From: a bacterium
Lineage (GTDB): Bacteria > Patescibacteriota > Minisyncoccia > Moranbacterales > GWC2-37-73
DNA length: 64,000 nucleotides
Assembly (NCBI GenBank): GCA_037140955.1
Contig: JBAXDL010000002.1
Coordinates: 105,846 to 169,845 of the forward strand
Reading direction: 5' to 3'
In this document: in pieces, positions 27,387 through 37,030 of the stretch
How positions within the stretch are numbered: position 1 is the first letter of the stretch
Layout: every line of letters starts with the position of its first letter
The notes under the pieces: generated by a model
Databases searched by the model: none
Seen by the model: the letters and a program-made list of their open reading frames with translations, nothing else
Told to the model about the DNA's origin: nothing
Program-made: the position numbers and the translations under genes

Positions 27387-27425
27387 TTCAAATCCTGGAT
27401 TCCCGCCTCCGCGGGAATGACAAGG
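27387..27425 (+). repeat. hairpin repeat family copy B (inner stem CGCCTCCGCG)
   Basis: GTTCAAATCCTGGATTCC-CGCCTCCGCG-GGAATGACAAGG. Abuts the atpH stop codon at 27426. Confidence 0.7.
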
Positions 27426-27827
27426 TTATTTTTCTAAAACTTTTTTTAATTTCCTGAGCTGCCCTGCCACACTTCCATCGATCACTTCGTCGCCTACTCT
27501 TATTATTATTCCGCCATGAATTCTTTCATTTATGATACTTGTAATTTTAACTTTTTCAGCCTTATACTTTAATTTGATAAAATTTTCAATTTCTTTGTAT
27601 TTTGCATCTTGTATTTTGTATTTTGTGACTACTTCAGCCAAAACAATTCCATGTGCTGCATTATATAGTTCTGCAAATTTTTCCATAACCCTCTCTGCAT
27701 TCTTGAGTTGCCCATCATTTTTGAGCTGCTCGGCGAATTTCTTCACAATCACCAAAACTTCCTGCTCAGATTTTCCATCTGTCAGATCAAAAAGTGTTTG
27801 AGAATATTGTTTGATACTAACTTTCAT
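27426..27827 (-). CDS. atpH: F1 ATP synthase delta subunit (short form)
   Basis: Position between atpF and atpA. C-terminal IDGSVAGQLRKL is typical of delta/OSCP. Confidence 0.75.
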   Translation of the reverse strand: MKVSIKQYSQTLFDLTDGKSEQEVLVIVKKFAEQLKNDGQLKNAERVMEKFAELYNAAHGIVLAEVVTKYKIQDAKYKEIENFIKLKYKAEKVKITSIINERIHGGIIIRVGDEVIDGSVAGQLRKLKKVLEK

Positions 27828-27837
27828 AAGTTTAATT

Positions 27838-27976
27838 TTGAATTTCCAATTTCGAATTTTGAATCAATCATTAATTAATGAATTTCTAATGCTTTAAACG
27901 TTCTGTCATTCTGATTTCATTTGAAATTTTTGCTCCAAGCTTATCCTTTGGGGACAAAATTCAGACTTCGAAATTC
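27838..27976. repeat. AT-rich atp-spacer repeat family, copy 2
   Basis: TTGAATTTCCAATTTCGAATTTTGAATCAATCATTAATTAATGAATTTCTAATGCTTTAAACGTT ... TTCAGACTTCGAAATT. Shares long blocks with 23609-23722 and 29971-30084. Confidence 0.6.
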
Positions 27977-28468
27977 CTATTCATTTATCACTTTTTCTAT
28001 AACACTCTTATCTTTTTCTAAATCTAATTTTGTATCAATAATCTTACTCGTTGCAGCAATGACTAGTTCGGCGATTTGCCCTTTCACTTCCTGCATCATC
28101 TGATTCTTTTCAAGTTCAATTTTCTTGGCAGAATCTGACAGAATTTTTTCAGCTTGATTCTTCGCTTCTCCAATAATTTCTTCTTTATTCTTCACTGCCA
28201 CTGCTTCAGCATTAGCCACAATTTCTTGGGCTGCCTTTCGGGCCTCAATCAAAACAGTCTTTTCCTTTTCTTCAATTTCCAAAAGCTTCTTGCCAGCATT
28301 TTGGGCATTCTCAATGCCCTTTTCAATCTTCTCACTTCTCTCAGTCATCAATTTTAGCATTGGACCATAGGCAAATTTCTTGAGTACAAAAAAAACAATT
28401 GCAAAGTTTACCAATTGCGCAAGAATAAGTTTGATGTCGATGTGAAATGTTTTGATAAGTTCTTCCAT
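27977..28468 (-). CDS. atpF: Fo ATP synthase subunit b
   Basis: Single N-terminal TM helix followed by a long charged helix. Position in the operon. Confidence 0.85.
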   Translation of the reverse strand: MEELIKTFHIDIKLILAQLVNFAIVFFVLKKFAYGPMLKLMTERSEKIEKGIENAQNAGKKLLEIEEKEKTVLIEARKAAQEIVANAEAVAVKNKEEIIGEAKNQAEKILSDSAKKIELEKNQMMQEVKGQIAELVIAATSKIIDTKLDLEKDKSVIEKVINE

Positions 28469-28484
28469 AATTTTAATGCTCCAG

Positions 28485-28520
28485 TTTTAAATTTTAAGTT
28501 TTAAATTTTAAATTAATTTT
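28485..28520. repeat. 36-nt AT-rich spacer repeat, copy 2
   Basis: Identical to 25657-25691. Confidence 0.7.
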
Positions 28521-28641
28521 AAATTATCAAATGTTTAAAATTTAAGCATTTTGATTTGATTTAAAACTTATAATTTAAAATTTAAAATTATTTTTCAAAT
28601 AATCTCATTTTGCCTCACTCCGAAGAATGAGACATTTGAAA

Positions 28642-28902
<261 letters not shown>

Positions 28903-29093
28903 TTAGGGAGAATGGATATTGTCAACAAATTATTAATTAATTTTTAATTCACAATTTTTAATTTTTAAATAATTTCTCAATTCATAAATGATTTCCCTCA
29001 AAGGATAAACTTGAAGCAAAAAACATTTGAAAATTTTGATTTATTTGTAAAAATTAAAAATTTAAAATTAAAAATTCCAATACTTTGCATTGT

Positions 29094-29933
29094 CTAGTGT
29101 TCCTCATTGGTCGTGGCAATTGACATAAATGCCAGCGTCAAAATTGCAAAAACCAAAGCTTGCACAATTCCCACAATCAATTCCAAAAACATAAACGGCA
29201 ATGGCAAAATAAAAGCGGAAATCGCCATCATCGACGCCAGCAAAACCTCTCCAGCAAAAATGTTTCCAAAAAGTCGCAGCGACAGTGATGCAATTTTTGC
29301 AATCTCTCCCACAATCTCAATAAGTCCCACAAAGATCTTAATTGGATTTACCATCAAAATAGTTGGGTCTTTTTTTATTTTCTTGGGAATTGCCAAAATA
29401 GCTTTCAGATTAACAAACTTGTTGAAATGATTCCAGCCGCCAATCATAATGACTCCAAAAATATGCGAAATGACAACTGAAAAAAGTGCAATCGCAAGAG
29501 TGGTGTTAAGATCTGCTGTGGCACCGCGAAGCAGTGGCACAAAAACTTTTCCGTGCTCACCTGTTTCCACAAAACCTATTGTTCCAACTCCAGGAAGAAG
29601 CCCCATCCAATTACTAACCAAAATAAAAAGGAAAAGCGCCAAAACAATTGGCAAAAATTTCAAGGTTTTTTTGCGACCACCGGTAACACTGTCAGCCATC
29701 ACAAGTGCTTGCTCAAGAATTATTTCAAAAATATTTTGCAAAGCTGACATCTTTTTTGTTTTCTTTGCAGCCTTTTTTCCAACCATCACAAAAAAAGTCA
29801 CCAAAATAATCACCGTGATCCAACTCATGATCAAGGAATTGGTGATAGTAAAAGTTCCTAGATGCAAAATAGGCTCAGCGAAAAGAGTGCTTTCATGTTG
29901 TATTTCTGAATTGTTTGTATTTTCAGTAGACAT
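29094..29933 (-). CDS. atpB: Fo ATP synthase subunit a
   Basis: LSLRLFGNIFAGE motif with the essential Arg. Polytopic. Confidence 0.9.
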   Translation of the reverse strand: MSTENTNNSEIQHESTLFAEPILHLGTFTITNSLIMSWITVIILVTFFVMVGKKAAKKTKKMSALQNIFEIILEQALVMADSVTGGRKKTLKFLPIVLALFLFILVSNWMGLLPGVGTIGFVETGEHGKVFVPLLRGATADLNTTLAIALFSVVISHIFGVIMIGGWNHFNKFVNLKAILAIPKKIKKDPTILMVNPIKIFVGLIEIVGEIAKIASLSLRLFGNIFAGEVLLASMMAISAFILPLPFMFLELIVGIVQALVFAILTLAFMSIATTNEEH

Positions 29934-29970
29934 CTTTGTAAATTAAAATCTGTAAAATGTTCACTACTCA

Positions 29971-30084
29971 AATTTCGAATTTCCAATTTTGAATTTTGAA
30001 TGAATTTCCAATGATTGAATTTTGAATGTTTCAAGCATTGCATCATTAAGATTTTATTCGAAATTCAAAATTCAGACTTCGAAA
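29971..30084. repeat. AT-rich atp-spacer repeat family, copy 3
   Basis: AATTTCGAATTTCCAATTTTGAATTTTGAATGAATTTCCAATG...TTCGAAATTCAAAATTCAGACTTCGAAATT. Confidence 0.6.
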
Positions 30085-30327
30085 TTATTTACTATTACCA
30101 TTATCCATTTCTCTCAGCCCAATTCTTATTATCATTACTATGGAGACAGCAAAGGCCGCTGCCACGCTAAACAAAAATGCCCAGGGAGTTGTTTGAAATG
30201 TTTTGTCTAGATATTTTCCAATCAAGACAGCAATCAAGACCGGTCCGACAATCCAAGAGCTTAGCCTCAAAAAAAGGATTGCTCCGGGTTGCCACCAACT
30301 CACGTTTTTATTTTGCTTATCCTCCAT
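30085..30327 (-). CDS. atpZ: AtpZ/AtpI-family small membrane protein preceding atpB
   Basis: 80 aa, two TM helices. Pattern WWQPGAILFLRLSSWIVGPVLIAVLIGKYLDKTFQTTPW resembles the ATPase_gene1 family. First gene of the operon. Confidence 0.55.
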   Translation of the reverse strand: MEDKQNKNVSWWQPGAILFLRLSSWIVGPVLIAVLIGKYLDKTFQTTPWAFLFSVAAAFAVSIVMIIRIGLREMDNGNSK

Positions 30328-30359
30328 ACAAATCCAATATTTTAAGCAGTACGTATTTA

Positions 30360-30388
30360 ATTATCTCGCAAAACTTGGCTTGCGTCAA
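30360..30388 (-). promoter_or_regulatory. candidate atp operon promoter (TTGACG-N17-GATAAT, minus strand)
   Basis: Minus-strand -35 at 30388..30383 and -10 at 30365..30360, about 35 nt upstream of the atpZ ATG. Confidence 0.35.
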
Positions 30389-30446
30389 GCAAAATACGCC
30401 AAATATTGACATATTTAACAAAAAATAGTGTAATATCAAACCTAAA

Positions 30447-30495
30447 CGAAAAAAGAAAAAGCCACCTAATGAAATTTATTCACTAAGTGGCTTTT
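30447..30495 (-). terminator. intrinsic terminator after the sigma factor gene
   Basis: Hairpin GCCACCTAATGAAATTTATTCACTAAGTGGC. On the minus strand it is followed by TTTTTCTTTTTT. Confidence 0.55.
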
Positions 30496-30499
30496 GGCC

Positions 30500-31447
30500 C
30501 TACTGACGAAAAAGTCTTTTTATTTTGTGCATAACAAGACCTCTAACTTCCCTTTCAAGCCTTATTATTTGCCAAGCCGGTATGCCAAATCTGCTTGAAA
30601 TCTTATCAACTGGAATCTTTTCGACCAAGCGATATCGTATTATTACTTGTTGATATAAACCAAATTCTTCAACCATAGCGCGCATCTTTTCATCATCCTT
30701 GTTAAATTCAAAATTGACACTTTTCTCATCACCAATGAAATCACCAAATTCCGTTCCATCATCACCAACATTGTTATTTAGTGAATTATTCTGCGTCAAA
30801 CTAATGTCCAACATTATTTCACGCAAATCGTCATGACTTAGTGACATTTTGTCACAAACAATTTCATCACTTGGAGTTTCGCCATGTTCTTGAACATAAA
30901 GATGCATTGCTTTGCGATATGCATTCAATTGTAACATGCGATGAACGGGCAGTCTTATGGTGTTTGACTTGTCATGAATTGCCCTTATTATTGATTGCTT
31001 TATCTGCCAAACAGCATAAGTTGAAAACATGAATCCACGTTTCCAATCAAAAAGCTCTACTGCCTTCAAAAGACCAATATTTCCCTCTTGAATAAGCTCC
31101 GAAAAATCCAGTCCGCGACCAATAAACCGCCGAGCAAATTTCACCACCAACAAAAGATTGCAGCAGGTCAGCATGTTTCTGGCTTCCATATCTCCATCAT
31201 CCTTGCGTTTTGCCAGTTCAACCACATCATCCCTGCTGAGCTTGGGATATCGCTTAATTTCCCTAATATACTTTAGGTGTATATCATCAGAAGCAAAATC
31301 AACATCTTCCTGTGCTACTTTTTCAGCAATCTCTTCTTTCCTGATTTCAAATTCCAACAATTCAAGTTCATGAATTGAGGGCTCAAGAACATCATTTGAC
31401 AAAAGATCTTCACCACCAGAAACATCCAACTCAGCCATGTCATGCAT
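30500..31447 (-). CDS. rpoD: RNA polymerase sigma-70 family factor (compact RpoD-like, regions 1.2-4)
   Basis: Region 2 LIQEGNIGLLKAVELFD...FSTYAVWQIKQSIIRAI. IRLPVH motif. Region 4.2 HTH (ISSRFGIPAWQIIRLEREVRGL). Confidence 0.85.
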   Translation of the reverse strand: MHDMAELDVSGGEDLLSNDVLEPSIHELELLEFEIRKEEIAEKVAQEDVDFASDDIHLKYIREIKRYPKLSRDDVVELAKRKDDGDMEARNMLTCCNLLLVVKFARRFIGRGLDFSELIQEGNIGLLKAVELFDWKRGFMFSTYAVWQIKQSIIRAIHDKSNTIRLPVHRMLQLNAYRKAMHLYVQEHGETPSDEIVCDKMSLSHDDLREIMLDISLTQNNSLNNNVGDDGTEFGDFIGDEKSVNFEFNKDDEKMRAMVEEFGLYQQVIIRYRLVEKIPVDKISSRFGIPAWQIIRLEREVRGLVMHKIKRLFRQ

Positions 31448-31620
31448 AGCACACCTCCCAATGTGATTTTATGTTAATTTAATATGTTAACGAGCGAAAT
31501 TGAATTCTGCCACAAAAAACAAAATATTGCAAACCAATCAAATTGACTTTTGTCTTGATATTTGAAATAATACTACTTCAGCCAAGCTGAAATATTCTTT
31601 AACAACAAGGAGGTTATACA

Positions 31621-31947
31621 ATGAAGAGCACCAAGGAAATGGAAAATTTGGTGGCACTTGTTTATTCACCAAAGCACAGCTCATATCCAGAGGTAATGGC
31701 AGCATCAGACATTCCAGAGCTAGAAATAGACCTCGAGAAAGGAACATGGGCGCATGTAACAACATGGTCAAGCTCACAAGAAAAGCAGCCCAAAAAGATT
31801 GGTGAATACAACTATTTCATGAAGGACAGGAGCAGCGGTGTTATTGGGGTTTATGATCAAACAAATAGCAAGCACCTAACCTCCATGGTTCGAGATTGGC
31901 ATGATACGCTAGAAGCAAAAAATACAAATTGGAATTTCGTAGATTAA
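31621..31947 (+). CDS. hypothetical protein (108 aa)
   Basis: Strong SD AAGGAGG 8 nt upstream of the ATG. Divergent from the sigma factor gene. No recognisable family. Confidence 0.6.
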   Translation: MKSTKEMENLVALVYSPKHSSYPEVMAASDIPELEIDLEKGTWAHVTTWSSSQEKQPKKIGEYNYFMKDRSSGVIGVYDQTNSKHLTSMVRDWHDTLEAKNTNWNFVD

Positions 31948-31976
31948 AAACAAAAAAGAAGGAGTGGGGGTGCGCT

Positions 31977-32186
31977 ATGGTCGTAAAAACTATCCTATCA
32001 GGAGAAGAAAGGCTGACGCAGTCAAATTATCAAATTCAATTACTTGAAAAAGCCATTGAGAATCTGCGTGACTTCAACATTGGTGCAACACTAGTGCTTG
32101 ATTCTGGTCAAAGAATAACCATCAGCAAGGTCTTGGAAGGTAGCGATTATTCGACCAGACTACTCTCCGTAACAATCCAAAATTAA
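31977..32186 (+). CDS. hypothetical small protein (69 aa)
   Basis: ATG at 31977 preceded by GGAGTGGGGGTG. The ORF-track start at 31929 overlaps the upstream gene. Followed by a terminator. Confidence 0.45.
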   Translation: MVVKTILSGEERLTQSNYQIQLLEKAIENLRDFNIGATLVLDSGQRITISKVLEGSDYSTRLLSVTIQN

Positions 32187-32232
32187 ACAAAAAAGCCGCT
32201 AGCGAAAAAATTCGCAGCGGCTTTTGTTTTTG
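32186..32232. terminator. bidirectional intrinsic terminator
   Basis: Stem AGCCGCTAGCGAA/TTCGCAGCGGCT flanked by an A-run and TTTTGTTTTT. Between convergent genes. Confidence 0.55.
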
Positions 32233-32246
32233 CCAGAAGGTGGCAA

Positions 32247-33014
32247 TTATTTTTTTGATGAATCATCATTAATCATTTTGAAAGCTTCTTGCACTGTGCC
32301 CATGAATTGTGCCGGGAAAATGATGGTAGAATTCTTTTCTACTGAAATTTCTGCCATTGTTTGTAAAGTTCGAAGTTGAAGTGCAACTGGATGAGATGAA
32401 ATGATGTCAGCAGCTTCTCCCAATTTGATTGCCGCTTGAAATTCTCCATCAGCCGCAATAATCTTGGCACGCTTTTCTCTTTCTGCCTCAGCCTCCTTGG
32501 CCATTGCGCGCTGCATGTTGTCTGGAAGTGCAATGTCTTTGATTTCAACTGCTGTCACCTCAGCTCCCCATGGCTCAGTGTGCTGATCAATCACGCTTTT
32601 TATTTGAGCATTAATGTCTACTGTTTGTGAAAGAAGCTGATCAAGATTAAATTGTCCAACCACATTTCGCACTGTTGTTTGAGAAATTTGATTCACCGCC
32701 TTATACACATCCTCAATTGCAACCACAGATTTCATCGGATCCATCACGTGATAATATGCTACAGCAGCAATATCAATGGAAACATTGTCTTTGGTGATTA
32801 TTCTTTGAGATGGAATGTCCATGGTCACAGTTCGAAGAACAACTTTGGTCATTTTTTCTAGAATTGGAATCAAGATGATCAGACCTGGTCCACGCACGCC
32901 AGTCGCTTTTCCAAGGAAAAAAATAACACCTCTTTCATATTCCTTCAAAACTCGCAGCGAAGTTGCTAGAAAAAAGATCAAGATAATAATAAGCGGCATG
33001 ATTAGTGCTTCCAT
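32247..33014 (-). CDS. SPFH/Band-7 (stomatin-like) membrane protein
   Basis: N-terminal TM then [15 protein letters not shown]... SPFH core and a C-terminal coiled-coil ([12 protein letters not shown]). Confidence 0.85.
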   Translation of the reverse strand: MEALIMPLIIILIFFLATSLRVLKEYERGVIFFLGKATGVRGPGLIILIPILEKMTKVVLRTVTMDIPSQRIITKDNVSIDIAAVAYYHVMDPMKSVVAIEDVYKAVNQISQTTVRNVVGQFNLDQLLSQTVDINAQIKSVIDQHTEPWGAEVTAVEIKDIALPDNMQRAMAKEAEAEREKRAKIIAADGEFQAAIKLGEAADIISSHPVALQLRTLQTMAEISVEKNSTIIFPAQFMGTVQEAFKMINDDSSKK

Positions 33015-33104
33015 ATTTTTTTAGTTTTTTAATTTAATTAACTCTAATATAATACTACTCTTATTTGGGAGATATTTCAAATAATAACAACGACAATATT
33101 GTGA

Positions 33105-33196
33105 GCATGCTTTTTATTTTTTCACTAGAAATAAGTCACATTGGAGTCAAATAAAGAAGTTGCAATTATTTCTCCGTGAAAAAATAAAAAGCATGC
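33105..33196. repeat. perfect 21-bp inverted repeat (GCATGCTTTTTATTTTTTCAC ... GTGAAAAAATAAAAAGCATGC) with a nested 8-bp inverted repeat in the 50-nt loop
   Basis: The arms at 33105-33125 and 33176-33196 are exact reverse complements. Located between the SPFH gene start and the tatD end. Confidence 0.7.
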
Positions 33197-33214
33197 GAAC
33201 ATTCATCTGATAGA

Positions 33215-34051
33215 TCAAATTTGAAGAATTTTTTTTGCATTTTGAAAAGTTTTTTCAGCCACTTCTTCCAAGGTCACACCTTTCACGTCTGCAATTTTTT
33301 GTGCAACTTCTTTGACAAAAAGCGGTTCATTACGCGGGCCTTTTTCAAGTGGACGTGGAGTCAAATATGGACAATCAGTTTCAATCACAAAATTTTCCAA
33401 ATCAATTTCACGAATCAAGCGATCATAACCATCACCATAAGTAATAATCCCATTAAGTCCCAACTTATATCCAAGAGCAATAAACTTGTTGGCAGTTTTG
33501 TATGATCCAATAAAACTATGCAAAATGCCTTTTTTGCTGACCGGGTTTTTTTCTAAAATTTCCAACAAGTCGTCATAGCCATCCCAACAGTGCAACATCA
33601 CAGGCTTTTGTACTTCATTTGCCAATGCAATGAACTTTGACAATGTTTCTTTTTGCAAATTTTTCAAAAATTCAACATCATCACCTTCTTCAAAATGATG
33701 ATAATCCAAACCGATCTCACCAATTGCCAAAACTTTTTCATCACGTGCCAATTCAAGATATTTTTCATGTTCAAAAACCTCTCCCACCGTTGGAATTTCC
33801 TCCTTGGTCAATTCTTCTGGATCAACATGTGTGAAACTTCCCTTTTTCAAATGTACAGGATGAATTCCAACTGCCGCCCAAATTCCAGTTTCGAATTTGC
33901 TGGCATATTCAACGGCGCGCTTGCTGGTGGAATATTGCGAACCAACATTAACGACATTCATGCCAGCCTCAAGACAGCGACGAAGAACATCCCCGCCATC
34001 TTCTTTGTATGCATTAAAATTTACATGCGCATGGGTATCGAATAATTGCAT
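33215..34051 (-). CDS. tatD: TatD-family metal-dependent deoxyribonuclease/hydrolase
   Basis: MQLFDTHAHVNF N-terminus and conserved His/Asp/Glu metal ligands. Classic position immediately after metG. Confidence 0.9.
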   Translation of the reverse strand: MQLFDTHAHVNFNAYKEDGGDVLRRCLEAGMNVVNVGSQYSTSKRAVEYASKFETGIWAAVGIHPVHLKKGSFTHVDPEELTKEEIPTVGEVFEHEKYLELARDEKVLAIGEIGLDYHHFEEGDDVEFLKNLQKETLSKFIALANEVQKPVMLHCWDGYDDLLEILEKNPVSKKGILHSFIGSYKTANKFIALGYKLGLNGIITYGDGYDRLIREIDLENFVIETDCPYLTPRPLEKGPRNEPLFVKEVAQKIADVKGVTLEEVAEKTFQNAKKILQI

Positions 34052-34140
34052 AGTCGGTCAAAAGCTAAAAGTCAAAAGTCTATCAAGCAAATGCATCAAG
34101 CTTTTGACTTTATGGACTTTATAGACTTTATGACGTTTTA

Positions 34141-35577
34141 TTATTTTATTCTTTGAAAAAGTGGCTGCACAATTCTTGTTTCAAGTGCAAGTTTTATTTT
34201 CTCGGAAGTTTCTGGCATAAAAGGAAGCAAGAGAGTTGCAATAATCTCCAAATCTAAAAGCAATTTCTGCATCACTTCTTTGAATTTTTCTTCATCATTT
34301 TTTGCCAACTCCCAAGGTTTATTATCCTCAATAAACTTGTTTGATTCCTTGACCAGTCCATTGATATATTCCAATGCACCATCGAAGTTGAATTCATTTA
34401 TGAAATTTAAAATTTTATCATTGGAAATTGATTGGGAATTGGAAATTGGAAATTGGAAATTATCTTGTGAAGCGAGTTTGATAACTCGCGAAACAAGATT
34501 CCCCAAACCATTTGCCAAATCAGCGTTGAATTTTTCGCTCATGCGTTCCATTGTCAAATCCAAATCATCTCCAAATGTTCCACCAGAGAGCAAAAGATAG
34601 CGCGTGCCATCCACTCCGAATTTTTCAAGCATTTGGTCGATGCCAATCACGTTGCCAAGAGTTTTGCTCATTTTTTTGCCACCAGAAAGAATGTGCCCAT
34701 GAATAAAAAAACTTTTAGGAAGATCGATTTCCAAATTCAAAAGAGTGGCAGCCCAAATTGTGCCATGCACACGTAAAATGTCCTTACCGAGCATTTGAAC
34801 ATCAGCGGGCCAAAACTTCAGCTTTTTGCTTTTAGCTTTTAGCTTTTCAGTTTCTCCATCCCAAACAAGACCGGTTATATAATTCAAAAATGCATCAATC
34901 CAAACATAGGTCGTGTGCTGCGAGTCAAAAGGAAGTGGAATTCCCCATTTCAAATTTTTGCGTGAAATTGAGACGTCTTCCAATTTTTCATTTTCCAAAA
35001 ATGACAAAATTTCTTTTTTGTATCGCTCTGGTTGAATTTTAAATTCATCTGATTTTATTCTGGAAATCAAAGTTTCCTGCCATTTGTTCATCTTCATCAA
35101 ATAACACTCTTCTTCCATCTCTTCTGGGGCAGCATTATGATCAGGACATTTTCCATCTACCAATTCATTTTCACTTTTGAATTGTTCACATCCAACGCAA
35201 TAAAGTCCCTTGTATGATCCCTTATAAATCGAACCATTGTCATGCAAAGTTTGCAAAACTTTTTGTACAGCCAACTTGTGAGCAGGCATTGTGGTGCGAA
35301 TGAAGCCATCATTGCTGATATTCAATGCTCGCCAAAGATCTTGAAAAATTTGTGCAAACCCATCCACGAATTTTTGAGGCTCAATCCCATCTTCCTTTGC
35401 CTTCTTTTCAATCTTGGCACCATGCTCATCAGTTCCAGTTAGAAAAAAGGTTTCCTTGCCCTGCAAACGATTGGCGCGCGCCAAAACATCACAAGCAATG
35501 GTGGTGTAGGCGTGGCCTATGTGCGGCTTGGCATTGGTATAATATATCGGCGTTGTAATGTAAAATTTATCTTTCAT
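34141..35577 (-). CDS. metG: methionyl-tRNA synthetase (core enzyme, no C-terminal appended domain)
   Basis: HIGH motif (PHIGHAY), KMSKS motif (KMSKT), a CxxC...CxxH zinc knuckle and an anticodon-binding helical domain. Confidence 0.9.
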   Translation of the reverse strand: MKDKFYITTPIYYTNAKPHIGHAYTTIACDVLARANRLQGKETFFLTGTDEHGAKIEKKAKEDGIEPQKFVDGFAQIFQDLWRALNISNDGFIRTTMPAHKLAVQKVLQTLHDNGSIYKGSYKGLYCVGCEQFKSENELVDGKCPDHNAAPEEMEEECYLMKMNKWQETLISRIKSDEFKIQPERYKKEILSFLENEKLEDVSISRKNLKWGIPLPFDSQHTTYVWIDAFLNYITGLVWDGETEKLKAKSKKLKFWPADVQMLGKDILRVHGTIWAATLLNLEIDLPKSFFIHGHILSGGKKMSKTLGNVIGIDQMLEKFGVDGTRYLLLSGGTFGDDLDLTMERMSEKFNADLANGLGNLVSRVIKLASQDNFQFPISNSQSISNDKILNFINEFNFDGALEYINGLVKESNKFIEDNKPWELAKNDEEKFKEVMQKLLLDLEIIATLLLPFMPETSEKIKLALETRIVQPLFQRIK

Positions 35578-35580
35578 GTT

Positions 35581-36903
35581 TTATAGTAAGCTCTTGTAAT
35601 TATCAGCCCAATAGAGAATTCCATTGATATATGGAGCATAGCATGTTCCAAGATATGAGCAAGCGGCAGATTTCATGGCTGAGGTTTTGCCAGCAGTCAC
35701 GCCCGGCACGCGTCCAAGCTTGAGTGCCATAGCCATCACACCATCTCCCAAATCCCAAGGGCTGGCAGGATGATTGCCAGTGATTGAGGAAACTTGAGAT
35801 TTGTATGCATTCCAAGTGTCAGGCATGAACTGCGCCACACCCATAGCACCACCAGTTCCAGTATACCCCTTTGGATTGCAAGAAACTTTTTGTTTTTGAT
35901 AGTCCAAGCCAAGTTCTTTTGTGATGCCTTTAAATGTTTCACGTCTGCCAAGAAAAGTGTTCCAGGCTGTTTTTCCAAGCTTACCTGATTTATAGGAAGC
36001 CTCTGCACCACTTTCTACTTGACCATAGGTACAACCTCCCACATTGGCACCAAGATTTGTTTCCATCTTGAGAACTCCAATCAAGAATCCTTTTGGCACA
36101 TCTGTTTTGCTACTTGCAAAATCAACAGCATCCATGATGTTTTTGGCACTATATGATTTTCCAAGCAAAGTGTTCAAATCTCCTTGCAATTGAGAGAGTT
36201 CCTTTTTGAGCTTATCAATTGTTTTTTGATTGTCAGCCAATGTTTTTTGTGTGTCAATTTGATCAGCCACCAAGCCCTGCTTTTGATCGACTTTGGTGTC
36301 CAAAATTTCCTCATGCTGTTGTTTCACTTCAGCAAGCTGAATCTTGTCTTGCTCGACTTGAGATTTTGTCTCAACAATTTGCTGCGAAACATTTTTGATT
36401 TTGTCTTCAATCGTCAAAAGATGATCAGTATCGGAAAAAATCTCTGTCAAGCTACTGCTAGTCAGCACAACATTTAAAATTGGTTGCCCCTGATTATAAT
36501 ACATCTGCTGCAAAAGTCCACGCAGCATGCTTTTTTGCAATTGAATTTTGTTGTTCAAATTAATGACTTCTGCTTCTTTGCGTGAAATATCTTCAACAGT
36601 ATTTTTAATTACAGTCTGAGTTTTGCTAATATCTTTTTGCACCACTGAAACTGACTGCTTGATTTGACCAAGGTTTTTGTTGAGTGTTGCATCAAGTTTG
36701 AGTTTTTTCTCAAGCTGCTTTTGCACATCTGAGATATTTCCTTGTGTGTCTTTAATAGCACCTTGATCAGGACCCTGAGAAACAACATCAGCAGCCTTTA
36801 CGCTCAGATTAAAATCCTGCCAAAAAGAAACTTGCCCTGCAACAAAAACAGGCACAACCAAAGCGAAAACTAAAATTAATTTGAAATTTTTATATTTATT
36901 CAT
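35581..36903 (-). CDS. secreted coiled-coil protein with C-terminal lytic transglycosylase (MltB/SLT-like) domain
   Basis: Signal/TM, then about 250 aa of Q/K-rich coiled coil. C-terminal GVAQFMPDTW matches the SLT-2/MltB active-site neighbourhood. Confidence 0.65.
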   Translation of the reverse strand: MNKYKNFKLILVFALVVPVFVAGQVSFWQDFNLSVKAADVVSQGPDQGAIKDTQGNISDVQKQLEKKLKLDATLNKNLGQIKQSVSVVQKDISKTQTVIKNTVEDISRKEAEVINLNNKIQLQKSMLRGLLQQMYYNQGQPILNVVLTSSSLTEIFSDTDHLLTIEDKIKNVSQQIVETKSQVEQDKIQLAEVKQQHEEILDTKVDQKQGLVADQIDTQKTLADNQKTIDKLKKELSQLQGDLNTLLGKSYSAKNIMDAVDFASSKTDVPKGFLIGVLKMETNLGANVGGCTYGQVESGAEASYKSGKLGKTAWNTFLGRRETFKGITKELGLDYQKQKVSCNPKGYTGTGGAMGVAQFMPDTWNAYKSQVSSITGNHPASPWDLGDGVMAMALKLGRVPGVTAGKTSAMKSAACSYLGTCYAPYINGILYWADNYKSLL

Positions 36904-36967
36904 GGTCTTATTATAACATCAAAACAGCAACAGGCAAGGAGTTGAAGATGCATACTCATGCAAATCT

Positions 36968-37006
36968 TAAAAACAAAAAAGTGGAGACAAATTCTCCACT
37001 TTTTCA
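36968..37006. terminator. bidirectional intrinsic terminator after rplY
   Basis: Stem AGTGGAGA/TCTCCACT with an A-run upstream and TTTT downstream. Confidence 0.5.
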
Positions 37007-37030
37007 AAAACTATTTGTAAAACAATTTTA

